Origin: a virus
Length of the DNA: 64,000 nucleotides
Virus record (IMG/VR): IMGVR_UViG_3300032236_000718
Location: 32,001-96,000 of that record
Reading direction: 5' to 3' (one strand)
Part shown: in pieces, positions 51,901-60,570 of the stretch
Layout: every line of letters begins with the position of its first letter
How positions within the stretch are numbered: position 1 is the first letter of the stretch
Notes under the pieces: generated by a model
Databases searched by the model: none
What the model was told of the DNA's origin: nothing
Seen by the model: the letters and a program-made list of their open reading frames with translations, nothing else
Translations under genes and position numbers: made by a program

Positions 51901-53015
51901 TTCCTATATCAGGAAACTTTGGTAAAGTCGGTATTATTCAAGATCCTAAGTTTGATGATGTTACAGTAAATCTAGATGCAAATAGCTTTAGTCGTGTTCA
52001 ACTAGGTTTAACTGCGCAGACTGGTGTCTTTACTGTTGGTGAGATTGTATATCAACCTAATACTTCTGCCGCCGGAATTGTTGTCTATAGTAACACGTCT
52101 TATCTTGAACTCCAGAATGTAAAGAACCAATTTAGTAATGGTGGTTACTATTCTAATGGTACAGCCTCTAATGATAATATTGTAGGCCTATATTCTGGAA
52201 TCACGGCAAACGTTAAGACTGCAAATGTCTCAGTATTCAGTGTGCAGACAAATACAGAGATTGTTACGGAGTTATCGTCTGGTGCAACTGGACTGCTCCA
52301 AATTGTATACAGTAACACTGAGCTTAAGTTATCTAATGTTTCTGGTAAATTTACAACAAGCGATACTATCTATGATCCTATAACAAATGCAGTTGCAAAT
52401 GTTGTAAGTATATACACATCAAATGGTCTGATTGACTCGAGCTCTAATTTTGCTACTAAATTTAATCAGACAGTAAGAATACCTTTAACATCCAATAACT
52501 ATGCATATATCCCATTTGAGCAGGTCATACAAGACTCTACACTTGCCAGTGGATATGTAATAGATGGAAATACTAATTTTGATGTCGTAATTAGTGGGAA
52601 TACTACAACATTTATTGTTGGTGATACATTTACTAATAATATAAACACAGTCTCTGGATACATAACTGGAATAGCAAACAGTACATATCTAAGACTATCT
52701 GGTGTATCAGGAAAACCATCAATTAATGACGTTATTACATCTGGATCCGGTGCAAATGCTACCTTAACTCATGTATATGACGTTATAATACTAGATAATG
52801 TGTCCGGAAATAAGTTCCAGAGTGGCCCTCTGACGTCTGCAACATATATTGTTGGAAAAACATCTAATGCATATGGCCAGAGTCTGCTAAATAATACAAT
52901 TATATATCCAGATCTTGTAAGGGGTACTGGGGACGTGATATATCTTAATAATATTACCCCTTTCACAGTAAATGCTACTTCGAAAGAAGACGTTAAGATC
53001 GTTATTAGTTTTTAA
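48996..53015 (+). CDS. Baseplate wedge gp8-like with large inserted beta-rich domains
   Basis: PRHNWSNGTVY, FYVMTD.FEVYKCIDN, DNYVWKYMY, PIKGHGSD..ELGA, GDVIYLNN..KEDVKIVISF. Confidence 0.8.
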   Translation: MTAVLTIHHYIDIINSFVQNVLHSRKAYYMYVGKPDSWIDQYGANTSVPFPTSDSVTQHESQLYKDIIFGKEITANSISYMAPRHNWSNGTVYSFYDQDDGDLYSKNFYVMTDNFEVYKCIDNGGGAPSTVKPSLNSANGTFQTADNYVWKYMYTVDTANNSKFTSSDFIPVIPNSNVAGLAVPGSIDAIRLINQGSGYTTYYSGYINGLINDYNISLDRGASSIKDFYVGSTIYLKSGFGTGQMRKIKAYDGLNRIVNVDTPFDGYTILNVANAAGSWAPGDQVTQNIDSIAYLYSSGFFAPGDPVIQSDTHANGIIVTANGTSLNIVRNSGDVLFTDQAQAYPIINQTQAPVLKNGTVSVMNTTTLFINAVSGTFLTNDYSVGQYIQIGSNSNNNVRLIESVNSSVIQVDLPFNSALISNVHYLVPYATTPDSIVLTSANGYITNTNINGAILQYSNVSILGQPFIVGEKVDMVDISNTGQAVYGTVSFSNNNTLILSDINGSGFIGETANTSLTLGFNSNTGIFNPGDVIVDANVAAVGTVSSVTPQIVITASALSGNVIFTVGEPVYQTNGTANVATGIVFSYASNTIVIGSPTGIFSNTYQLLGNTSNANATVGTITSNNTMVIGNVTGDFIVGDKIINQTNNSSNATVTSIYSTNHYVKGESSLQRAHIDKVVGYPNITIKNQLGNFTLGQKIYSRDPVSLTQKASANIVSYFNSINESTQYSISPTVNIDGDGQGAMAYSVVNNSIELYYTKITSNSNFYVGDDITDTTGGATGIITSINSTAMIVNLTLNEFRKDDIIVNRNSVGATVSQLGKIINGVSAELYFTSSNGTFNVGDIIKDTNTGAQGTVQVANNNYVLLSYNNGFFNPGNYFISSRNVEGQISRAVVSPYNIEKIVITNTGTGYTFANISVQANTLYGNGASAKGVISPIKGHGSDTLAELGARYVGISMTFDTGYNEGWKFPISGNFGKVGIIQDPKFDDVTVNLDANSFSRVQLGLTAQTGVFTVGEIVYQPNTSAAGIVVYSNTSYLELQNVKNQFSNGGYYSNGTASNDNIVGLYSGITANVKTANVSVFSVQTNTEIVTELSSGATGLLQIVYSNTELKLSNVSGKFTTSDTIYDPITNAVANVVSIYTSNGLIDSSSNFATKFNQTVRIPLTSNNYAYIPFEQVIQDSTLASGYVIDGNTNFDVVISGNTTTFIVGDTFTNNINTVSGYITGIANSTYLRLSGVSGKPSINDVITSGSGANATLTHVYDVIILDNVSGNKFQSGPLTSATYIVGKTSNAYGQSLLNNTIIYPDLVRGTGDVIYLNNITPFTVNATSKEDVKIVISF

Positions 53016-53030
53016 GTTTAGAGGAAGAAT

Positions 53031-56000
53031 ATGACACTTCAAACCGATCTATCCCGCTCGCCATACTTTGACGATTTTAATCCAAAGTCAAGCTATTATA
53101 GAGTTCTCTGGAAGCCAGGTAGTTCTGTACAGACACGCGAGCTTAACCAGATCCAATCCATGCTACAGGAACAGATAGCTAAGTTTGGTAAGAGCATCTA
53201 CCAAGAGGGATCGGTCATTGAGGGATGCACATTTAGTTTTGACAATAAGAAAGATTATGTCAAGATTAGCGACAACTACGCTAATAACTTTGCATTTACT
53301 ATCTCGGACTTTAAAAATCAATATGTTTATAACAATAACGGTCTAAAGGCATTTATTGTAGACACTATTAGTGGTCACCTATCAGACTATGCTACCGGAA
53401 ATACTAATACACTTTATATTAAGTATCTTAATAGTGTAACATATGCTAATGGTAATGTACAACAAAAATTTGATGCTAATGATACTCTTGTCATAACAAG
53501 TTCAGCTAATATTGCAATAGGTAATGTAATAGTAGCAAACAGTCTAACAAATCCTACTGGATATGGTTATTCTATGACTACTACAGAGGGTGTTATCTTC
53601 AAAAAAGGTACATTCCTATATGTCACACCGCAAACAATTATTGTGACACCATATACAAATGTACCAGACCAATTGTCTGTTGGTTTTGACGCTATTGAGT
53701 CGATCGACAATGCAGTTGCTAATAATTCTCTATATGATAATGCTGCTGGCTCGCCAAACTATCTTGCCCCTGGAGCCGACCGTCTCAAGATATATCCAAC
53801 TCTAGTTACTAGAGCTACACCGGATATTGCAAACAATAATTCATTCTTCTCAATTGCAGACTTTAAAAACGGTGCGGTAGTTACATTAAGACAAAATGCT
53901 CAATATGCTGCCATAGGCGCCGAGATGGCTCGTAGAACATATGAGACAAATGGTGACTTTGTTATTAATCCATTTATATTGAATACTTCAAATAAAGCTA
54001 ATACTTCTGATCCACTATATTCTAATAATGTAAATCTTATTGTTAGCCAGGGTCTTGGTTATGTAGAAGGCTATAGAGTACAGTATCTTAATAACAATAT
54101 TGTGAACTTAAGAAAGGCTACAGATTATAAGTCTGTATCTCAACAAAAAGTATCACTTAACTTTGGTTACTATGTTCTTGTAAACAATGTTGCAGGTGAA
54201 TTTGGAAGTTCTGGTGCTATTATACAAGTTGACTTATATAATACTGCATTAAACGCAGTTTCAACAGGTCATTTACTTGGAACAGCTCCTTCTGCTAGTA
54301 ATAAAATAGGAACTGCTTATGTTAAGGGATTTGCATATAGTGGAATAGGAACACCAGGAACTGGTGATGCCCAGTATGAATTATACATCTTCAATATTGT
54401 AATGAATGGTGGTTTTAGATTTGAAGATGTTAGAAATATAGTATACAATAGCTCGTCTCCTGTTGGTATAGCTGATGTGGTATTACAGTATAATGCTACT
54501 ACGGCTTCAAACACTGCAGTAATACAGTCACCACAAAATAACGGTCTTATCTATCCATTTGGCCAAAAAGCTATTGTCACTAACTCATTTGTAAATCAAT
54601 CTTTCTTATATAGAAGAAAGACAACAACTACATTTTCTACATCAGGAATAGCCACGGCAAATGTCAGCTCTTCTGGCGCAGGCGCGGGTGTGGAGTCATT
54701 CCCATATCTTGGTTTACTATCACCTGCACAGGAAAATGACTTTCATATTGTAGCTACACAGACAGCTAAAACTGCAAACTTGACAGGTAACGTTGCAGTG
54801 ACAGCATCTAATAATATTGTTACTGGTGTTAGCGGTCCTACTTCGTTCTTAACAACATTCCAACCCGGTGATTATATAACTATTAATCACTCGACTCCAC
54901 AGACAGTACAGATCGTAGCTATTGCAAATAATATATCGATGACTGTCACACCTACTATAGCAGCGACAAATGCAGGAACTACATTTACAAAAACTATTCC
55001 AGCAGGATCAGTCATTCCATTCTCTAATCGTTCAGGCAGAACAATTAATGTGTCAAGCCAACAGGCTATATTAACGATAGGTGATATGACACCGACTGGA
55101 TCTTTCTCGGCTGATGTATTCTTTAGTGTTAATAGATCAACAGCAAGTAATACAAGTCCAACTATCTCTATTAAGAAAGTAATTAATAGAGATGTCTATG
55201 TAAAGATAGACTGTTCGAATAATGTTGGAGGTGTATCTGGTCCTTGGTCACTTGGTGTTCCAGACGTTGTTAGTGTTGACGGTATCTATATTGGAACTAA
55301 TCATACGTATTCTAATACTGGAACAGACTATTCAAGTTATTTTACACTTGATAATGGCCAGAGAGATGCTCACTATGATCTAGCTAAGATCTCTATAAAC
55401 ACATCAACTGCCGGCGGTATTTTATCAAATACATCTACTATATTAGTTAAGATGACTGCATATACATACAATACCTCGCAGGGTGTTGGCTTCTTTACAG
55501 GTGATTCTTATCCTATAGATGATGTGCATGGATCTGCAAATACTAATGCAATAGTCACAGCACAGATTCCTGTTTATACAAATAGTAAGGGTAATGTGTT
55601 TGATTTAAGAGACTCCATTGACTTCCGTCCATACGCTACAAATACTGCAGTAGCAAATGCGACAACAGTTGCTGCAGCTACCATTAATCCTTCATCTACA
55701 CTAACATTTAGTAGCACACCGTATCTTCCTACTCCAGACTCTTTATTCCAGACAGATCTCTCATACTATATGAAGAGAATTGATAGAGTAATGATGAATA
55801 CTGCAGGAAGTGTTGTTGTCACAGAAGGAATTCCAGATTCAGTAAATCCAGTTGCACCTCTCGAGAGAGCTGGAATGATGACTCTTGGTTTTGTAACAAT
55901 ACCACCATATCCATCATTAGCAACAACTGATGCAAAAACATATAATAGATATGACTACGCTATAACATCTACTCTCTTACAAAATAAGAGATATACGATG

Positions 56001-57863
56001 CAGGATATCAAAAAGATTGAGAAGAGAATCGATAATATCGAGTACTATACTTCTCTATCATTATTAGAGCAGTCTGCTGCTAGCCTTCAGACAAGAAGTG
56101 CTACTACTGGTCAAAATAGATTCCAGAATGGAATCTATGTAGAGTCATTTAAGGACTTTAGCAGATCAAATACACTTGATCCAAAATACTATATTGGTCT
56201 TGATACTGCTTCCGGTGAAGCAAGACCTGCTCACTCACAATTTAAGAGTAATTTTAAATTTAATAGTCAATTGAGTACTGGTGTTGTACAACACGGCGAG
56301 CTTGTGATGCTAAACCACACAAGTAATAATATATACATATCTCAAGGATATGCTTCAAGATATAGACCATGTGTTGAGGGTAACATCTACACATATAAAG
56401 GTAATATTACTCTTACTCCATCTGGTACAGATTCACCTGATACTACAGTTGCTCCAGATATTGTTAATAATCTTGACTTAGCACAAAACTTCTTGAACTT
56501 ACAAAATGCTTGGGGTACACAGTGGGGTAACTGGGTTGTTGCTTCGTCTACAAGTAGTAATACGCTTCTTAACGCTTCAAGCACAACTACACAAACAAAT
56601 CCAGACGGTAGTAAAGATAGTACAACAAATACACAAACACTAGTTACTACACAAACAAATGTTACAAGAGTTGGAACAACACTTACAAATACAGTAAGTG
56701 ACTCCAACTTAAATCTTGGTACATTTGTCAATAATATCAGCATACTTCCATACCTAAAGGCTGCTACTATAAGATTTAAAGTTAGTGGTATGAAGCCAAA
56801 TACTAAGTTATATGCCTACTTCTCTAATGTACCAATGTCTACACACTGCTCACAGTACATATATGATACTAATGTACCTAATTCTCCAGGAGTTGGTGAT
56901 GCAAGAATACTAGCATATTTTGGTGAGTCAGCAGGATATAAGTATGGAGAATGGCGTCGTACTGGTACTGGACCTACAGTTTATGGATATATGGTTGATG
57001 CGCCGAAAGATGTCAATAATATCAATTATGCATGTACTACTGATAGTAATGGTACAGCTACTGGTATATTCTATATTCCACCTAATACATTTAAGGCAGA
57101 AGAGAATATATTTTTATTAACAGATATATCAAGCCTTGAACAAGGTGAGAATGCAGTAACAACAACTGCATCAACAACATTTTATGGATCTAAGCTAGCA
57201 TTTAGTACACAAACTTCAATATTAAGTACAAGACAGACGGTCCTTAATTCTACAGAAGTTAATGAAAGTGCTACTGTTTCCGGACTAGCTGTTGTGAACT
57301 CAACAACACTATCTCATACGGTACCACCTGCTGTTCATAATGGAGACAGTTGTGGTTGTCATTGTATTATTTGCACCAAGCTATATCAGATGGGTCTAAT
57401 GGATGAAGATACATTTATTGCTGACCAGATGTTTGGTGAGGCATTAAGAGCTTCAGACCCTGAAGTTTATTGGGGCTATATTCGTTGGGCAAAGCATGTT
57501 GTTAACTGGTTGTCTGGTGATACCCCTAATGTTATGATCTGGATCAGAGACCCAGAGAAGCGTAGAAAGAGAGAGCTCGAGCTTACAACAAAGATCACTC
57601 ATAGAATTGCTACTCCGTGGGCACAGCACATGCAGTATCTGATGGGAATGAGAGAGAAAGATAATCTAGCTGGTAGAATTATAATGGGTATTGGAAAGCC
57701 TATAAGTAAGCTTATATCGAAGCTTCCAAGATCCAAGCCGTTAGAGGAAGAGAACATAAGCAGATTCACCTCGTGTGCAATGATCGGCTTATTCTTCATT
57801 CTATATTCTATAAGTAAGGTATTTGGCGGAAGATTCGGCTTTCCAAAGACAATAAATATTTAA
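53031..57863 (+). CDS. Large virion protein, VrlC/DUF4815-like N-terminal part with extra C-terminal domain
   Basis: SPYFDDF, VQTRELNQIQS.LQ, APGADRLK, ARRTYE.NGDF, KRYTM.DI..IEKRI..IEYYTSLSLLE. Confidence 0.8.
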   Translation: MTLQTDLSRSPYFDDFNPKSSYYRVLWKPGSSVQTRELNQIQSMLQEQIAKFGKSIYQEGSVIEGCTFSFDNKKDYVKISDNYANNFAFTISDFKNQYVYNNNGLKAFIVDTISGHLSDYATGNTNTLYIKYLNSVTYANGNVQQKFDANDTLVITSSANIAIGNVIVANSLTNPTGYGYSMTTTEGVIFKKGTFLYVTPQTIIVTPYTNVPDQLSVGFDAIESIDNAVANNSLYDNAAGSPNYLAPGADRLKIYPTLVTRATPDIANNNSFFSIADFKNGAVVTLRQNAQYAAIGAEMARRTYETNGDFVINPFILNTSNKANTSDPLYSNNVNLIVSQGLGYVEGYRVQYLNNNIVNLRKATDYKSVSQQKVSLNFGYYVLVNNVAGEFGSSGAIIQVDLYNTALNAVSTGHLLGTAPSASNKIGTAYVKGFAYSGIGTPGTGDAQYELYIFNIVMNGGFRFEDVRNIVYNSSSPVGIADVVLQYNATTASNTAVIQSPQNNGLIYPFGQKAIVTNSFVNQSFLYRRKTTTTFSTSGIATANVSSSGAGAGVESFPYLGLLSPAQENDFHIVATQTAKTANLTGNVAVTASNNIVTGVSGPTSFLTTFQPGDYITINHSTPQTVQIVAIANNISMTVTPTIAATNAGTTFTKTIPAGSVIPFSNRSGRTINVSSQQAILTIGDMTPTGSFSADVFFSVNRSTASNTSPTISIKKVINRDVYVKIDCSNNVGGVSGPWSLGVPDVVSVDGIYIGTNHTYSNTGTDYSSYFTLDNGQRDAHYDLAKISINTSTAGGILSNTSTILVKMTAYTYNTSQGVGFFTGDSYPIDDVHGSANTNAIVTAQIPVYTNSKGNVFDLRDSIDFRPYATNTAVANATTVAAATINPSSTLTFSSTPYLPTPDSLFQTDLSYYMKRIDRVMMNTAGSVVVTEGIPDSVNPVAPLERAGMMTLGFVTIPPYPSLATTDAKTYNRYDYAITSTLLQNKRYTMQDIKKIEKRIDNIEYYTSLSLLEQSAASLQTRSATTGQNRFQNGIYVESFKDFSRSNTLDPKYYIGLDTASGEARPAHSQFKSNFKFNSQLSTGVVQHGELVMLNHTSNNIYISQGYASRYRPCVEGNIYTYKGNITLTPSGTDSPDTTVAPDIVNNLDLAQNFLNLQNAWGTQWGNWVVASSTSSNTLLNASSTTTQTNPDGSKDSTTNTQTLVTTQTNVTRVGTTLTNTVSDSNLNLGTFVNNISILPYLKAATIRFKVSGMKPNTKLYAYFSNVPMSTHCSQYIYDTNVPNSPGVGDARILAYFGESAGYKYGEWRRTGTGPTVYGYMVDAPKDVNNINYACTTDSNGTATGIFYIPPNTFKAEENIFLLTDISSLEQGENAVTTTASTTFYGSKLAFSTQTSILSTRQTVLNSTEVNESATVSGLAVVNSTTLSHTVPPAVHNGDSCGCHCIICTKLYQMGLMDEDTFIADQMFGEALRASDPEVYWGYIRWAKHVVNWLSGDTPNVMIWIRDPEKRRKRELELTTKITHRIATPWAQHMQYLMGMREKDNLAGRIIMGIGKPISKLISKLPRSKPLEEENISRFTSCAMIGLFFILYSISKVFGGRFGFPKTINI

Positions 57864-57884
57864 AATCTAGAGGACACATAAAAT

Positions 57885-60350
57885 ATGAAGCCTATTGGAC
57901 AGACATTTTTCGTCAATGAGCCACCATCACCTACTGGTGTGGCAGGAGTATACATCACTAAAATAGCAGTATATTTCCAATCCGTTAGTGCTACTAATGG
58001 TGTTGAGATGCAAATCAGAACAACTGAAAATGGTTCTCCTACATCAGAGAGTCTTCCGTTTGCTAGTAAAAAACTATATATCGGTGATACTTACGATGGA
58101 AATCCTGCAATTCGTGCTTCTATAGATGCCTCTGTTCCAACAATATTTGAGTTTGATACTCCTGTATTTGTTCAATCTAATAAGTCATATGCATTTGTTG
58201 TAGCTCCTATGGGCGGAGACCCTTCATATAATATCTGGACTGCAGTTGTTGGTGACCAAGATGCAACTACACAGACACCTATCTATACCAATAATGATTC
58301 TGGAGACTTATTCTTATCATCAAATGATAGAGATTGGACTCCTATTATAACCGAAGATATAAAATACCAGATATACATTGCTAACTTTACTTCTTCATCT
58401 GGATCTGCATATTTTACTACCCCTGACGAAGAGTGGATTATATTTAATAATCCAACTGCTCCATTCTATTTAAGAGAACAGATTGTATTTAGTAACGGTT
58501 ATTATAACATAGCAGTACTGACAGTTACAGGAAATACTGGAACTATTAGTATCGGAGATACAGTTTCTCAGGGCACTGCAAATGGTATTATCTATAATGT
58601 TGCAAGTGGTACAATAAGTATTAAATCTGCTACTGGAGCATTTGGTAATGGTCTCTTGCAAGATATAACTACAGGTGCAAATACTACAGTATTAACATAT
58701 TCACAGAATGTTGTAACATCTACTGGATCGAATACTATAACTGTTCCTGACTCAAGTATATTTGCTTATGGACAAGCAATACATATTTCTCCGGCTGACT
58801 TATCAACTACACAAGTTGTTAGTATAACCGCTATACCTACTGGAACAACAATACAGGTTAATAATGCTATAACATTCACATCGTCATCAGCTCGTTATGG
58901 AAGACTTATTAATGATGGTCTATTAACTGGATTTTATTCTGGTAGTAAGATTTATCCAAACACAGATAATAATTATTATGGCATTCTTGACTCTAGTAGC
59001 TCAAATAGCTCTGTTAATTTTAGTGGTATCTCTAATGTTGCTATGATAGGATTATCATCGGGATCTAGTGCTAACTTCTATAAAGTATTTGATCCAGTTT
59101 ATAATAGCATTACTCCGCAGTTGTCGTCTATAGCTCCTGCAAATACAGATCTCGTATTCTCTTTCCAAGGTCTTGCAAATAACTCTTCAAGAGATGCAGA
59201 TCCATCATTTATCCCTCTTCATAATGAAACTATTTTGGAATTAACTGACATAGAAAGAATAGCTATGTCTAGAAGTAACGAGTATTCACTTTTACCTGGT
59301 GGTAGATCTGGAACACACTCTGTTACTGTTAAAGTTGATATGGACAGCGCAAATAATAAGATATCACCTGTTGTTGATACTATTAGAACAAACGTAGTTT
59401 ATACACAAAACTTTGTACCACAAGATTATCAACTAAGTGGTTATTACCTAACTATTAATGCTACAAGTTCTGTAATCTCTAAGGGTAATATTATAACACA
59501 GACAAGTTATGGTAATACTGCTTATGGAACAGTTGAGTATGCCAATAATACATTTATTAGACTTGTAAATGTAAACGGAGCATTCTCACCTAATGCTGCA
59601 TTTACAGATAGTACTACTGCAAATACTGGTTATGTTTTTAATGCAGAAGCATTTAATGAAGCTAATAATAATGGATATTATCTTGCATCTAGATATATCT
59701 CAAAGAACATTATTCTTGCAGCAAATCAAGATTCTGAGGATATACAAGTCTATATTGGAGCATATCGTCCAGCAAATACAAATGTACACATGTATGCTAG
59801 AGTACAGCACTCTGCAGATAATGACTCATTTAGTAGTAAAGCATGGACGAGACTTGCCGAGACTAGTGATAATACTCTATTAAGTAGTAGAATAAACAGC
59901 CATGATCTTGTTGAGATAACTTATGGTTTTAACAAGAGTAAGATGCTCTATGGTGCAAATAGTATTACAAATACTTCTATTACTACTGTTACATGTCCAT
60001 CTACAATAGGTCTAACAAATAACTCATTCATATATCTACTATCAGATGCTTCAACAAAGAACTTTAATGTTAGACAAGTACTATACGTGACAAACTCCAC
60101 ATCCTTTGTCATCGATCGTGCCCCATCATTTAACTCAACAAATGCAGCAATTGGTGTAATCCCTGGGATAGAGTCTACAACCTCTGCATTCTTATATGAC
60201 CAGAACTACAATATCGTTAGATACTGCACAATAAATGATGCTGTGTATGATAGCTACATACAATATGCAATGAAGTTTATCCCAGTTGCTGATAGCACAT
60301 CACTAGTTCCTAGAGTCAGTGATCTAAGAGTTATTAACCTACAGGCATAA
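57885..60350 (+). CDS. Large virion protein, VrlC-like C-terminal part
   Basis: PIGQTFFV, F.F.TPVF, GDLFLSSN..WT..EDIKY, SRYISK.I.L, PRVSDLRVI. Confidence 0.75.
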   Translation: MKPIGQTFFVNEPPSPTGVAGVYITKIAVYFQSVSATNGVEMQIRTTENGSPTSESLPFASKKLYIGDTYDGNPAIRASIDASVPTIFEFDTPVFVQSNKSYAFVVAPMGGDPSYNIWTAVVGDQDATTQTPIYTNNDSGDLFLSSNDRDWTPIITEDIKYQIYIANFTSSSGSAYFTTPDEEWIIFNNPTAPFYLREQIVFSNGYYNIAVLTVTGNTGTISIGDTVSQGTANGIIYNVASGTISIKSATGAFGNGLLQDITTGANTTVLTYSQNVVTSTGSNTITVPDSSIFAYGQAIHISPADLSTTQVVSITAIPTGTTIQVNNAITFTSSSARYGRLINDGLLTGFYSGSKIYPNTDNNYYGILDSSSSNSSVNFSGISNVAMIGLSSGSSANFYKVFDPVYNSITPQLSSIAPANTDLVFSFQGLANNSSRDADPSFIPLHNETILELTDIERIAMSRSNEYSLLPGGRSGTHSVTVKVDMDSANNKISPVVDTIRTNVVYTQNFVPQDYQLSGYYLTINATSSVISKGNIITQTSYGNTAYGTVEYANNTFIRLVNVNGAFSPNAAFTDSTTANTGYVFNAEAFNEANNNGYYLASRYISKNIILAANQDSEDIQVYIGAYRPANTNVHMYARVQHSADNDSFSSKAWTRLAETSDNTLLSSRINSHDLVEITYGFNKSKMLYGANSITNTSITTVTCPSTIGLTNNSFIYLLSDASTKNFNVRQVLYVTNSTSFVIDRAPSFNSTNAAIGVIPGIESTTSAFLYDQNYNIVRYCTINDAVYDSYIQYAMKFIPVADSTSLVPRVSDLRVINLQA

Positions 60351-60351
60351 T

Positions 60352-60570
60352 ATGAGTGAGTATCTTAAGGTAAAAGATAGACCTGATCTTGTTAGGGATA
60401 TGCATAGTAAAGCTATCCTTAATAAAGATGTAAATGCTTTGAATAAATATAGAGAAGAGAGAGATTTTAAGTTAAGATTAGCTAATGTTGTTGAAGAACA
60501 CAATAATCTTAAAAAAGATGTCTCAGAGATAAAAGATCTGCTCACTAAAATACTAGAAAGAATCCAATAA
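60352..60570 (+). CDS. Small conserved coiled-coil protein
   Basis: KVKD.PDLVRD..SKAILN...EIKDLL. Confidence 0.75.
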   Translation: MSEYLKVKDRPDLVRDMHSKAILNKDVNALNKYREERDFKLRLANVVEEHNNLKKDVSEIKDLLTKILERIQ

